A stretch of 64,000 nucleotides of DNA from Octopus vulgaris (lineage: Eukaryota). The notes under the pieces were generated by a model. It saw only the letters and a program-made list of their open reading frames with translations. It was not told the origin of the DNA and searched no databases. The stretch spans positions 75,640,001 to 75,704,000 of the forward strand of contig OX597816.1 in assembly GCA_951406725.2 (NCBI GenBank). The letters run 5' to 3'. A program made the translations under genes and the position numbers. This document shows, one piece after another, positions 1-13,817 of this stretch. Position 1 is the first letter of the stretch. Every line of letters starts with the position of its first letter.

Positions 1-97
1 ACACAGTACTTGTACCACGTCACCGCGTTGTTGTTTTTCTTGCTTGTTCTTTTTTTGATTGACTATATATGCATATGCACGCACACACAAACGCACG

Positions 98-146
<49 letters not shown>

Positions 147-755
147 ACACACACGTATATATAAAAATCATTGATTTTCCGATAATCTATGATCCAGCAC
201 CTCCTTTAATCTGGATAACTTACTTGAAAATCCCGTGGCTGCCAGTCCATTCCTTTTATATATATATATATAGCTTAAAGTTATCCTTACATCAAACCAT
301 AACAAATCAAGATAAACTATACCTGCTAAAAACATCAAGAAAAAAAGAAAGAAAAATAAGTGGAATGTGGTGTATCGGTACGTAAGCAGTATGATGTCTA
401 ATGCATTGATTGCTCTTCTATTTATGGTATTAAGAAGCAAAGGGAAAAAATATTGAATTTTATACAAACAGTTATTCAAAAAAAGTAAATGATTATAGAC
501 AAGGGGCACGGAGATCTTGCATTTTATACTTTTCCTTCTTCTCATTCCACTTTTTTGCATCAACCTTATTCGCGTTTTGCTTCTCGTGTTTTTTCCTCAT
601 ATTTTCTCATAGTTCTCATTGGTTTTCAAAAAGGTATCACGGTATGCATTGAACCTGAAAGATTGCTTGACATGTTCCTGTTATTATATATAAGGCTGCC
701 AAATTATTGTATCTCTATAGTATGAAACTGTTAGTAGTTCCTTTTTAAATTCTAT

Positions 756-816
<61 letters not shown>

Positions 817-1811
817 TACACATAATGTATATCGGGCTCGTTTACTGTAATAAATATTTTGGTATGTATAGTCAAGCTTCCATTTTCTTTTTATATCAAA
901 TAGATTTAACTATGAGATATCTTGAAATATCAGCATAGAGATATGAATAATTTTTGTCAATACCCTTTGAGTTCTCTAACACTTTTTTTTTAAACACTTA
1001 CATTCTTTACATGTATTCATAAGAACTATTTTTTCATCGTTAGTGTACAAACATATTTGTAAGTTGTCCTTAAAACATTTTTTTATTGATGATTGTGAAA
1101 TTCGTGTCAGCATTGTAACAACTTTTTTTTACATTCTGTTCGGTTGTATCTAAAACAGACGTAATTTCATTTTATTATTTCTCACATAATTTGACATGTT
1201 TTAAGATTCGTATTCAGTTAGAGCTTTGCCTCAGAGGATGATAAACATATTTAATTCAACTTGCTAATCTCGAGGTTACCAAAAACTTGCATGTATGTTA
1301 AACACTAATCTTTGTTTCAATATCTATGTCAATATTTTTTGTGTTTAGATTAAAGCTTGTGATATTTTCGTATGCACACGTACATACATACATACATGCA
1401 TACATACATGCACACACCGACACGTGCGCGCACATACACACTCTCATACGAACGTGGAATGTGCTCAATACGTTTTGTTGATTATATAGATTATTGTAAC
1501 CGATTATTGTTTATCTCGCGACTCTTTAACAACTCTTTAACGTACACATTTGAAGAGGCCCTAAAAAAGAGGCCGTGAGTAAGCTATATACGCGCGCGCG
1601 CGTGCGTGTGTGTGTGTGTGTGTATAATATATAGGTAAGTCAGAAATATAAAAAAATCTGGAAATAGCAATAAAGCTCAGACGTACACAGATTGGCGCTC
1701 AGTGGAAGTTTTAGATGGGAAAATACGAGTGGAAATGACGCTCCAAGCATGGTTCCTCGTCAAGAGACAAAAAAAGTCGAGAGAGGAAGAAAAGAAGGAA
1801 GTAGCAGATAT

Positions 1812-1923
<112 letters not shown>

Positions 1924-1924
1924 C

Positions 1925-2545
1925 ATTTTTATTTTACTTGCTTCAGCCTGTAAGCCGTGGGCATGCTGGGGCACAACCCTTGGGGTTGTTAGAGTTTTAC
2001 TGATTCTCCTTCTTTAGTTGGCATTTGGTGAATGAAAGAGTTCGAAGTTGTGCTTCTTGTCACGAATTGGGCTCATCTAGGACTCTAGAGAGCAGAAGGC
2101 CCAGTTGAATTTTGAAGTACATTTATACCATGTAAGTCCCTTCACTCTTTCAGTTGGATATCGAAAATCGTGGGACCTTATACTATTGCTGTATCTCATC
2201 TTAAATCTGGATCGCGATGGTATTTTTGGTACTATGCGATGGGGCCCTGTTTTGGATTATATAGCTTTCAGTCCTTCCAGGATCTCCCAGATATATATTA
2301 CTGTATATTTTACCCATCTTCGACGTAACAAGTAGAGAATTAACTTTTTCAGTCTTTCCCAGTAGTCGATATGTTGCATTGAGGCAGTCATCTTCGTGTT
2401 GCAGCATTTGATTACTTCAAGCTCCGCCATTAATTTTAGTTGGGAGCAATAATCTAGACACCCGAGGACAACTGTCCTCCGCAGGGCCATCATGGTTTCT
2501 TGCCTTCGAGTTCTGAAATTTCTTAGAATCCATCTGACCAACCGC
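1925..2545 (-). mobile_element. CR1/L2-group LINE, decayed 3' fragment (RT C-terminus + 3' tail)
   Basis: Minus-strand translation WILRNFRTRRQETMMALRRTVVLGCLDYCSQL...YWERLKKLILYLLRRR...IYIWEILEGL aligns by eye with the better-preserved copy at 52330-53262; tail reads TGCCCCAGCATGCCCACGGCTTACAGGCTGAAGCAAGTAAAA. Confidence 0.8.
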
Positions 2546-2561
2546 ACGCACACACACGCAT

Positions 2562-2618
<57 letters not shown>

Positions 2619-4262
2619 TAAGCACACGTACACGTGCACACTGTACGCGCATACACATACACACAAAGTTTTTACTTTGTTTTACAACAACAGACATTAC
2701 TCAGTACACACTTGGTGTTAGAAGTGTTCACAATTTGGTATATGTTTATTCAAATGTAAGATACACAAGGATTATGATTCGAACCAGAGTTTCGTTCAAA
2801 AGGCCAGTTTCACTAAACTGTAGTTCGGGAATATAATCACTGTTTGTTTTGTGTATAAATAAAAATGTCTCAGATTCTACGTACTTCTTATGCAAGATGA
2901 TATCGATCATTTTCATGCTTTTGTACAAACACACACACATACGCGCGCGCGCGCACACACCAGTTTGTCAGTTTGTAATGGTGATTTAACCAGCTTCAGC
3001 ATATAGTTTATATATTTCCTTGTATACCATTAAAATGAAATATGGTTTTAATAAAAATAACTAAAAATATAAATGTAATGTAAATGTAATTGTTTAGTAG
3101 AAAAGTAAAATTTTCGATGCTTCGGGCGCAAGCTCTCTCTCAAGATATGACAAATAAAGGAACAATGGAAGCAAAATCTATGTGTTGTTATACAGAAATC
3201 ATAGTAAATCATAGTCATCATTGAAGAAGGAAGCGGGGAAGTGGTTTCTGAACAGAGAGGAGTGGAGATAGATGGTGAGCAGAAACCTCAGGCTAGCAAA
3301 AAAATTATTAGTAGCGGCAGAGTCGTTGTGTCATGTGTTTGTTAGTCATTGTCTTCTTATGTGTGGGTGCTGCAGTATGTATGAGTAGCGTGGGTGTTTG
3401 TACATCTGTATGCACCGAACTAAGTAAAACCTATGTATCACTATTTCAATTCAACTGCTTATTCCTCGCTACTACCTTTTTATCTTCAGAATACGTCAAC
3501 ACCCTTATTTCTGATTCGCCAGGATACTTCGGGAGTGAAGACTTAATTTCAAATTAAGCAAATCTTTCCTTACGGAAGCAATATGTTTTTAAATTTGTTT
3601 AATTTATCCCATCTCATCTCATCTTTAGGCATACAGAAATACACACACACTCTTTACCTTCGATCACCAGTCTCTATAATTCGGAAACCACATTGCTATT
3701 TCCCCTCTTCGTCCATTATTAGTTTGACTCATGTATGTCAAAAGGTCTAAACATTTGAGCTACATTTATTTATATATATTTTTCTTACAACTATTTTACC
3801 TCGGGATTAATTGTAGATGACAACCCATAACGTATTCCTCCGATTCTGTTTTGTTACCTTAATCACTAATGAGTTGGATATATATATATACACAAACACA
3901 AAGATACATACACAAAGGTATGTGTATGTGTATGTATCTGTTACATATTTCTGAAGAATACTTACTGTTTAACTTTCAAAAGCGAAGTTTTTTTCTTGAG
4001 AGAGAAAATATCTTAAAGAGTAACCAAGCATTCTTTTAGTTCCAATGACACAATAACAGTTTATGAGTTGAAAACGAACTGTATCAACAGGTAAATGCCA
4101 GCCATTTTGCATCATTTTCCACATCACATACCTCTTCAGTTTCGAAAATCACCCCTTCACTAATCTAACGAAATAACCTAATCTGAATTTGACGCTTATA
4201 ATCTGAATTGAGTTTGAATATTTGCCGAAACCACAAAACCGTCAATTAAGATGTGAGGCACG

Positions 4263-4322
4263 TTCAGAGCGAATAAAAGGCCATGCGTCTTTCAGAGCGA
4301 ATAAAAGGCCATGCGTCTTTCA
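4263..4322. repeat. 28-bp perfect tandem duplication
   Basis: TTCAGAGCGAATAAAAGGCCATGCGTCT occurs twice, followed by a partial TTCA. Confidence 0.95.
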
Positions 4323-4595
4323 TTTGGATCCTGTGGTATTTATCAGAGGAATGATCAAATCGAGAACAGCTATTTATTAATGATACAATTTAGTCCGGCC
4401 AAAGTTAGAATTTGTTGACCGGAAAAGCAACATAATAGTAAAGAATGTCATTACATACGCCTACTTTATATTGTAAGACTGGGTTTCTTGATTGTCTCTT
4501 CTTATTTACGTTTCCACTGGCCCGGCAGCTTCATGTTTAAATCCTTTCGCTTTATGAAGTTGTTAACATGACCAGTGCATGCCTTTTCTATAAAT

Positions 4596-4670
<75 letters not shown>

Positions 4671-4734
4671 GACACACACAGACACACACAGACACACACA
4701 GGCACACACAGGCACACACATATATATATATGAG

Positions 4735-4940
4735 TCGCCATGATAGATCGGTAGCCACTACACACATTTTTTTCTCTCCTTGTTTCTCTCCTTGTATTTT
4801 TTCTGCGTCCCTTTCTGTAGAAGAGCGTAGGCTCGAAACGCAAACGACTTTTTCAATTCCTGAGCGTTATACTAATACATCTGTTTGTTTTCTACACCAC
4901 CTGTCTTCGTCTTTTGTTTTTTTTTTGTCCCCCCCCCCTA
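4735..4940 (+). mobile_element. Short PLE-tail-like dispersed repeat with variant HHR (family copy 1 of 3)
   Basis: Similar to 26376-26570 (+) and 50980-51132 (-); contains CTGTAGA-A-GAGC-GTAG-GCTC-GAAA-CG at 4811-4846 and ends in (TA)n. Confidence 0.7.
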
Positions 4941-5067
4941 TATATATATATATATATATATACATACATACATATACGTATACATATACATATACATACA
5001 TACATACATACATACATACATGCATACACACACGCACACACACACACACATACATATGTATAGTAAA

Positions 5068-5255
5068 TCCCCAAAAGAACAAACACAAAAAACAACAACG
5101 CGAGTACGTGCTACATATAATGTACTAGCAGACGCTCAGGAAAGGAAAGAAAGATGGTTTAACGTTTCGAGAAGACGCTCTTCTTCGAAAACAGGAAATT
5201 TCAATAGAAGGGAAGACGGAGGAAGAAAATCGCCAACGATTCACATGTGGTTACA
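5068..5255 (-). mobile_element. PLE-tail-like repeat with degenerate HHR
   Basis: Reverse complement contains TCGAAGA-A-GAGC-GTCT-TCTC-GAAA-CG-TT-AAAC, followed by a T-rich tail into a microsatellite. Confidence 0.5.
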
Positions 5256-5367
5256 TTATATATACATATATACATACGCACACATACACAACTCCACATA
5301 CACACATACATATATTCGTGCAAAAGCACATATATAGTCATTGACATTAATGTTACTATTATCGCTA

Positions 5368-5582
5368 GGGTGGTGAGCTGGCAGAATCGTTAGCACACTG
5401 GACATATGTTTAGTGACATTTCATCCGTCTTTATGTCCTGAGTTCAAATTTCGCCGAGGTCGACTTTGCCTTTCATCTTTTCAGAGTCGAGAAAATGAGT
5501 ACTAGTTAAGAGCTGGGGTCGATGTAATCGACTTAGCCCCTCTCTCAAAATTGCTGGCCTTGTGCTAAAATTTGAAACCAAG
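5368..5582 (+). mobile_element. tRNA-head SINE family B
   Basis: A-box-like GAGCTGGCAGAATCG, B-box GAGTTCAAATT, central GTCGACTTTGCCTTTCATC..GTCGA..AAATGAGTAC; many copies in the window. Confidence 0.85.
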
Positions 5583-6025
5583 ATTACTATTATCACTAAA
5601 ATAATAAGTGACAGCAATATTTCGCTAAAATATGTACTAGCAGTATACTGAAGTTAGTTTATTAATTTATCATGCCTTCCCAAGCTTATGGATTTGTGCT
5701 TATGTTAGAAAAGATTATTATAACTGCTAGCAGAAAGACCGCTCCCAGGTGGTTTTCTGCTAGCCCCTTTATAATATTCTCATATTTGATTCCCATTTCT
5801 AATAATTTCTATATTTTACGTCTAATTATTTCTTTATGTAATAGTGCTCACTTGCATAGGAAATATTGCTTTCATTATTTTTTCAGTCATAATCTCTCTT
5901 TTTTAAACAAACATCACGGTAGTTCAACAACGAGGGGGAAGTAGTTTGTCAAGTTTTATCTTCTCCTCAGAGCAACATAGGGATTTCAATTCAGCACCCC
6001 ATTTGTAAGCTTTGCAGTGTGTGTG

Positions 6026-6076
<51 letters not shown>

Positions 6077-6149
6077 ACATTGCAAACAATGAATGAAATA
6101 AACAAGAAATAAAAAAATCGTATAAATAAAAGGGCATTACTACACATGT

Positions 6150-6600
6150 ATACGCTCCCGACTTTGTTGCCTCATAACATACAGAAAAATGGATACTTTT
6201 TAACTAAATTTTCTAAAAATACCGCTTAGATGTTGTGACCTCAGAATATGTAGGGATTTATGGGAAAGAATTTTTGCGAGGGGGTGGAGAGAGGAGTTTC
6301 AGAAAATTCCCTCGATCTGACTTTTTCCCTCATAACTTTCAGAAAGATGGGTATTTTTAATGGAAATTTATACAAATTCCTTTCAAACGGTATAGATTAC
6401 GATTTATAAAGAAATTTGTGGGGAAAATTTTTCGGAGATTTTCCCCATTTTTTTAAAAAACCACAACCTTCGAAATGATGGGGTAGTGGGGGCATCTCTG
6501 TATGAAAAAGTTTTGAAAACTCCCTTTTTTTACACCCCTCCCTCATCATCCCACTTTGGACCTATTTTGGCCAATTTTTTTGCACTTCAAAACCATGGGA
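6150..6600. repeat. Unclassified repeat with ~158-bp internal imperfect tandem unit
   Basis: CCTCATAAC(A/T)T(A/T)CAGAAA(A/G)ATGG(A/G)TA(C/T)TTTTAA recurs at about 6170 and 6328. Confidence 0.45.
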
Positions 6601-6929
6601 AGAGCATTTTCGGTAAAAAAAAATAAAAAAAAGGTTAAGTGGGAGAAGTGATTTAAGGGCGATTTGGCTGTTGTTTCTAGCACATCCAAAGACAACCCTC
6701 CTCGTTTCTTTACCACTCTCGCATGTATTAATGTTTTTCAATATTTTCCCCCCATAAATACATTTATATGCTATAAAAAAGAAAATGTGAGAAATTATGA
6801 ATTTTTTGCAACCCCACTCCCTGCCCCGATTGTTTCTCTTTAGAAATTAAAATACTGGAGAGCCTGAGAAGGTCATTGCTGGAATTTATTCACAGTGATT
6901 TAAAAAAAAATAATACAGTAATGTACTTG

Positions 6930-7147
6930 CATAGCAAGTGACTTGATCTGAGATCATGTGCTGAAACAAAAACAATTGCAGCATGGAAGGTGTTTGTAAA
7001 CCATTCAAGAACACACAAATACCGTTAGATTCACTTCAACATTAAAACTTTATTTGTGTCAAAACATGTTCGTTGCTTTGAAACCGCGACCTGTTCATTG
7101 ATAAAACTTCACAAAAGGGATGCAGCACGAAGTTTTGTCAGTGAACA
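6930..7147 (+). repeat. Unclassified dispersed repeat with terminal hairpin (second copy ~48135-48350)
   Basis: AAGT.A.TTGATCTGAGA.C.TGTG.TGAAAC.AAAAC.ATTGCAGCATGGAAG is shared with 48143-48197; 19-bp stem at 7092-7147. Confidence 0.6.
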
Positions 7148-7860
7148 ATAAACACACACACACAGACGCACACACATGACATACACACACGCATACACAC
7201 ACATTCATTGCCTTTCGTTTGTGTGTATGTGTATCTACGTGTGCACGAGTGTGTATTAGTGTGTGTGTGTGTGCTACTGTTGAAGTTGTGTTTGGAAACT
7301 GGGAATAAGGTGCGAGTTTCGAGTACTTGTCGGTAACATTTTGTTTTTTTCTCATCGTCTTTTAATTGTAATTACCCAGCCTTTTAGGCTCTTCTCACAG
7401 CTATCCCGCGTTCAAAAATTATACAGGTAATTTATAAAATTTTCATTCAATAAATAATATTTTTATATTACGTATACATTAATAGCGAATTAAAACTTAA
7501 AAGAGAAAGTGAGAGGCTTTGGAAATGAAAATTGAATACTCCGCAGTGAATGCAATGAATATTTAAATTTGTGATGAATTGGACGCAGTGAATATTTAAG
7601 TTTGCGAGAAATTGGAGTTAAAAAATTTAATAAACTTGAGAAATCGAAATTATAGGAAATTTCTTAGAACATGAATTTATGAAAATATTTCCAGACTGTC
7701 AACCCTTTAATAATTGCTTTCTTTTAGTACTTTTCGTAATTGTTACATACCTAATTAATACGTAGCTTTCTCCATTGTAGTATAGATTATTATTGGTATT
7801 ATTGTAAATACCACCGGTGCCGAGTTTGCCTTTCATCTTTACTTTGCTTAATAAGTGAAA

Positions 7861-7927
7861 GTTAAGTAACTATGTTAAGTATCTATGTTAAGTATCTGTG
7901 TTAAGTATCTATGCTAAGTTAAGTATT
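7861..7927. repeat. 13-bp minisatellite (GTTAAGTATCTAT)n
   Basis: About five imperfect tandem copies are visible. Confidence 0.85.
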
Positions 7928-8684
7928 TTAATAAATAAAACTTAAGTATCTATGCTTGAAATCATTTAGCAGGAAAGTGGTGTATTAGTATAATCGTTAG
8001 AATGCAGGACAAAATACTCTGCAATATTTGTTCCTATTGTGTACGTTTTGAGTTCAAACACCAGTGGTCAACTTTATTGGAAACAATCTAATCATTTTAA
8101 ACAACACGGATGAAATGTTTAGATGGTTCCTTGTCGCTAACAAAATGCTCTCAAAGGAAAGATAAAGAAGTATATAATTTTAAAATTATGTCAATGGCAG
8201 TATGTTTGTGCATAGACACACACGCACATACACGCGCATATTTATTCAAGCGTATATTTAGGTATGTGTATGTATGCGAGCACGTATACTTGAGCTTGCA
8301 TGTATTTATGTATCTATGTATGTATGTGCGTATGAATATATACATACAGTAGAAAGAAAGAATGAAGAAACAAACAACTGTTATCAATATAACTACTTAA
8401 TGTATGTGTGAAGTTGAAACTCTAGAAGCTGCGATATTCGTCCAGGAAAATCCTTTTATAGACGTATTGTATTAAAAAACACAATATACTTCAGAGTAGG
8501 TGAAGCGAAATCACTCCAGAAGTGTTAGCGAGACCGTCAGGTATGTATTTCGCCGTTGTTGCAGCTTCTTAGTATACATAATCGAATCATCTTGTCTGAG
8601 GTATATAGGAATAGTAGTGTATACACTAAACGCTGATAGGCAATAACATCGCATTAGGATTTAATCGGTGTCTACTTACACACA

Positions 8685-8726
<42 letters not shown>

Positions 8727-9519
8727 CAAATGTCAAGGTATATCGAACGAATGAGGAAGAGAGCATTGAATACGCTTGTAGAGAATATGGTTTATTAAAA
8801 CTTTAATCTCGCGGCTTAGTTATCAAACTCCTGCAATCGCCAGGCGAGAACCGTTACAGCTGGCTGCCCAATTATATGCGGTCTTTTGTGTGTGTATGTT
8901 GATTGATTTGTTTTTTGCGTCTTGGTTTTCTATTATTTTCGTGTCTATTGATTAGCGGTTGGCACTTAAGATTTAACTTCACTGAATTTTTCGGTTACTG
9001 AGTGCTTAAGTATTTATATTCGTTCTATTATTTTTTAATCATTTTTTATTATTTTAAAAATTATTTCTGAGTTTATGAAAATATTTGCTTACATAATTAT
9101 ACGTTAGTGAATTCATCTGATAATCTTATCAAAGCTATTTATTGTTTATAATCGATGTGTGTGTGTATGTGTATGTGCTGTGAAATCTACTTCATTCATT
9201 AGAAATAGTTTATAAGAAGAAATTTGTTTTTTTCTTTTGTATTTTATTTCATGGGTGCTGATATTAGGTTTTTATGGTTGAGTGACTTTTGTTCGTGGTT
9301 AGATTTGTTAATACCGTCATGTTTATTTACGTGTGTCTATGAGGGTGTTCGATTTTTGTTTCGATGAAAATTAAAAAGTTTCATGACTTGTTTTCGTGTT
9401 TATTTTGTAATTTCATGTGATCTCATCTATTAATTATTTATGCTTCTTTGAGTTTCTTGAAGAGTTTGTGTGTGTATGTGTGTGTATTTGTGTGTGTGCT
9501 ATATATCTTATGTTTTATC

Positions 9520-9895
9520 TTTTCTCTTACTTCTTTCAGTCATTGGACTGTGGCCATGCTGGAGCGCTTAAAGAATTTTAGTCGAATTAATCGATCCCAG
9601 GACTTATTCTTCGTAAGCCTGATACTTACTCTATCGTTAACTTTTGTCGAACCGCTAGTTTACGGGGACGTAAACACACCAATATTGGTTATCAAGAGAT
9701 GGTGGGGAGGGGGAAGGAGGTAATCGCAGACACAAAGACATACGCAGAAATATACGGGTTTCTTTCAGTTTCCGTCTACTAAATCCATTCATAAGGCTTC
9801 GGTCGACACCGAGGCTATAGTAGAAGACACTTACCCAAGGTGCCACGCTGTGGGACTGAATCCGGAACCATGTGGTTGGGAAGCAAGCTTCTTTA
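9520..9895 (-). mobile_element. tRNA-head CORE-like SINE family A
   Basis: Reverse complement CCACATGGTTCCGGATTCAGTCCCACAGCGTGGCACCTTGGGTAAGTGTCTTCTACTATAGCCTCGG... with tail GCTCCAGCATGGCCACAGTCCAATGACTGAAAG; matches 13534-13983. Confidence 0.85.
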
Positions 9896-10119
9896 TTTCA
9901 TAAGTTGGCTATGGAAGCCGTACATAGATGGACAAACAAGGACAAACAGACATAGAGGGTGAAGAAGTTGCTTATTACGAATGAAAGAGTTTCGAATGAT
10001 AAAATATAAATGTCATGCTGTTAAAAACTATATCTTTTTTTCCTTTTAAAAATTTCAATATAAACTTAATGATCATTGCAAATTTTGCAGTGTGTGACTG
10101 AAGGAAAGGCATCCAACCG

Positions 10120-10415
10120 CCAGGTTCGAACCTTTACTTTTCCTTCTGGCCCCACTTGCCTGGTTCCAGTCACTCGCAGCTTGTTCACTACTTGCTTCCA
10201 TCTTTTCACAAACATATCCTGTGACAGGTATCTCTTCTCCAGCCTGATCTTGCTATCGCGGTGGTAACTAAAGAAGTTAACCAACCCTTGGCCGGAGACG
10301 AATGTACCCGCCACTATACCTCTTACACGCGTCTTTCATGCTGTTTCTTTCAGTATGGTTACTACGCAGAAAAAACACAAGCCTTCCTTTCCTTGCTAAG
10401 GTACACTATTTGGTA
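10120..10415 (-). mobile_element. L1/Tx1-like LINE ORF2 C-terminal fragment
   Basis: Translation ..ILKETA*KTRVRG..GQGLVNFFSYHRDSKIRLEKRYLSQDMFVKRWKQV fits the K..W..R...F...IR.E.....F..RW pattern of L1/Tx1 ORF2 ends. Confidence 0.5.
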
Positions 10416-10419
10416 AACT

Positions 10420-10830
10420 ATACTGCTTACCAGGGGCAGGTTGGTTCATGACAACAGTTTTCTTGAGACTGACTGTCAACCTAAGGCAGTGCAAGCATCG
10501 GAGACTGCATTCAAAATGTGTTGCATATCAATCTCTGTGTGCGCTACTAGATCACAATCATCTGCATACAAAAGGTCTCTTATGATAGAGGTAAATACCT
10601 TTGTTTTTGCAGCAAAGCACCTGATATTAAATATGCTGCCAGAGATTCGTTAATGGATGTAAACACCATATCTGTAGTTTCTGTCAGGTCACTTTTGAGT
10701 GCTACTGGTAACATGTAACCCAGTACAACCTGTTCAGTGGTCGGGCCGCCGGCGACTAACCCAGCAACACCACCAAGCTTGCTTGGTGAGGAGGGTGTTT
10801 ATTGGACACCCTGCGGGATGAAAAACAGAA
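10420..10830 (-). mobile_element. RTE-clade LINE fragment: RT core piece joined to a GC-richer putative 5' UTR
   Basis: Translation GVYIH*RISGSIFNIRCFAAKTKVFTSIIRDLLYADDCDLVAHTEIDMQHILNAVSDACTALG/LTVSLKKTVVM contains the YADD catalytic motif in an RTE/BovB-like context. Confidence 0.8.
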
Positions 10831-10891
10831 CATACATACATACATACATACATACATACATACATACATACATACATACATGCATATATAC

Positions 10892-11232
10892 ATTGTGGAG
10901 ACCCTCTTCGGTCACGAATGACCATGAGATTGCATCTGTAAAGTTACCCTCTGAGGTACAAGTCCGGGCAGGTTGTTTGTGGAAGGCCAGCAGTCGCCCA
11001 TGCATACCAGCCTCCCCTCTCCACGCCACCGATGTCATCCAAGGAAAAGGCAAAGGCCGATACAACTTGGCACCAGTGACGTCGCAACTCATTTCTACAG
11101 CTGAGTGAACTGGAGCAACGTGAAATAAAGTGTCTTGCTCAAGAAGACAACACGCAGCCCGGTCCGGGATTCGAACGCACAACCTCACGGTCGTAAGCTC
11201 GACGCTCTAACCACTGAGCCATGCGCCTTCAC
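10892..11232 (-). mobile_element. tRNA-head SINE family C
   Basis: Reverse complement GGCGCATGGCTCAGTGGTTAGAGCG (A box)...GTTCGAATCCCGG (B box), then GTGTTGTCTTCTTGAGCAAGACACTTTATTTCAC central domain. Confidence 0.85.
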
Positions 11233-12030
11233 TATATATACATACACACACACACACACATATACACACACATGGACAAACATGGAAAATACTAGAGTAG
11301 ACAGACAAAAGAAAAAAAAAGAAGAAAACTTTTCGTGGGATGAACAATCTGAACAGAGAGAGATGTTGGTGTGTGTTGTCACAGGCTGACAGAAAGGAAT
11401 GTTGGATACCGGCAGAAGCAGGTGGCATGAAAATGAGAAAAAGAAAGGAACAGGGAGAGAAGGGAGGGGTCCAAGATAGACCGAAAGAAAGATAGATAGG
11501 ACGAGGGCATATATATATATACACACACGTTATATAGATGAACGTGAGCATTTGCGAAGAAAACAAAGAGAAAACCCAAACCGCTATCTTATGTATATGA
11601 AAAATGACACAGTATTAAAAAAAAAACACTCACACACACATACACACATACGGATGCATGCACTTATGTATAAACACACACACATGCAGACATACACACA
11701 CTCACATATCTCGAACGAATCCCAACGCTGGAACATAAGTTCAAAAGAAATGGAAATAGAGAGACGAGTCATCGAAGGGATTGCAACAATGCGATGAAAT
11801 AATTATTTGAGAAAAATAGAAATGACAACACTATCAATACTGAACATTTGAACGATTAAATGTTTGAAGAAAGTGTTTAACATATGAGTCTGAAAAACTA
11901 GTCAAAAACGGCTGATCGATAAATTGGTTAACGGAGTAACTAACCCATAACCTAATTTTAACAATAAAGGACGAAACCAGTGCGTGTGTTTATTATTACC
12001 GGCATAATGCCCCTCCCAGAATTCAATAGT

Positions 12031-12083
<53 letters not shown>

Positions 12084-12089
<6 letters not shown>

Positions 12090-12200
12090 GGAATGGTCAT
12101 TTTGCCAGTTTAGCCAATAAATGACCATTCCTAAATACAACATCTGTTTCAACACACGATTTTTTTTGCAAGAATCTTGCAAAACAAATATATAAATGTG

Positions 12201-12205
<5 letters not shown>
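12084..12205 (+). mobile_element. Hairpin-capped micro-insertion in (TA)n
   Basis: Perfect 19-bp arms TATTTAGGAATGGTCATTT (12084-12102) / AAATGACCATTCCTAAATA (12119-12137), short AT-rich tail, flanked by (TA)n on both sides. Confidence 0.6.
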
Positions 12206-12266
<61 letters not shown>

Positions 12267-13533
12267 ATATATATATATATGTATATGCATGTGTGTGTGT
12301 GTGCATCTGTGTGTGCATATGTGCGTGAGTATGTGTGTTGGTATGTGCGTGTGTGTGTAAATGCTCTCCTTGCAGAATGATGCTGGGGTGTAAAACAAAT
12401 TCAATCGATTTTATATGATTCCATTGTTGAAATTTTGCTGTAGAAAATTTAACAAACGAAAACAACTAATTTAGTTGAAAGATAAGATCTTTGCTCTCAG
12501 ATTCTTTGAAATCTTGCATTCTTTGAAGAGAATTTGTCTAAATTTCAAACGCAAGATGAAAAGAAAGATTATTGATGAAATATGAAATAAAAAAAAGAGA
12601 AAAGGAAAATAAAATTAAGTTTTAAATTCAAAAATTTTTCTCTTTGGTTTGGTGCCACAAATTCTAGAGATGCTATGCAGCCGATTTAATCGACTTACAT
12701 GCTCGTTTTTATTTTACTGAGCCTGGTGTTTTGTCGATTGGTACTTATTCGTCATGCGAGTGAATTTGCTTTAGTAATCAGACTCATTTTTGCCAAGATA
12801 CATCTAGCTTGATATGTTAATACCCACTTCTGAATGCTTGCAAGTAAACGTCGATCAGATAACCCTGATAGAAGGACAGTTTTTTTTTTTGTAGCTGACA
12901 ATCAAGTTTCTTCCTGATGCTTGCGTATCCGGAAGTTTTAATGTTATACTTTCATGGATATCACCAATGATGCTCAATGCTTTATACTTGTTTATGCACT
13001 TATACACGTGTGTATGTATGTATGTATGTATGTATGTATGTATGTATGTATGTATGTATGTATGTATGTATGCTTTCCAGCATTTTCACCAATGGTAACA
13101 AAACTCTTTCATTGCAATTTAAACATCAGCAAGATAGCCTTGTATGTAAGCTTGTATATATAATGCGTGTATGCACGTTAGTATGTATGTATGTATACAT
13201 ACATATGCATGTATGTGTATGCGTATAAATGTGTACATGCATATGGGTGCAAGAATGAATGTTATTGCATATGTACATCTTATTACATGCCGAACTCCTT
13301 GAGTGTATATATGCCGTTGATAAATTTCCGTCTAAGTAGACGTGTTCACAGTGGAAATTAAAAGTTGATCAAACCAGTTAAGCGTTTATATCTAAAGTGG
13401 GAAAGGAAAAAAAATTGTTATAAAACAGCAGCATGTCACTCTTCATGGCCAGTGATATATACTTGATAACGTAACCGTCATGGGATTGTTCTTGTCGGTC
13501 TTAGATTAGTATTTTCAAAAGTATATTATATAA

Positions 13534-13733
13534 CTCTTTTACTCTTTTACTTGTTTCAGTCATTTGACTGTAGCCATGCTGGAGCACCGCCATTAGTCGA
13601 ACAAATCGACCGCAGGACTCATTCTTTGTAAGCCTAGTACTTATTCTATCGGTCTCTTTTGCCGAACCGCTAAGTTACGGGGACGTAAACACACCAGCAT
13701 CGGTTGTCAAGCGATGTTGGGGGGACAAACACA

Positions 13734-13817
<84 letters not shown>

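Noticed and set aside
3060-3560. Possible very old PLE end with HHR remnant near 3110-3150
   Set aside because: Core and protein motifs too degraded to support a call.
8480-8900. Possible promoter or first exon (CAG/GTATGT donor at ~8540, locally CpG-richer)
   Set aside because: A single splice-like motif is insufficient evidence.
10700-10830. HDV-like ribozyme at the RTE 5' end
   Set aside because: Could not fit the nested double pseudoknot by eye.
11160-11232. tRNA-like sequences (also 13920-13983, 50134-50200, 34174-34245) as tRNA genes
   Set aside because: Acceptor and anticodon stems do not pair properly and they run into repeat bodies; they are SINE or element heads.
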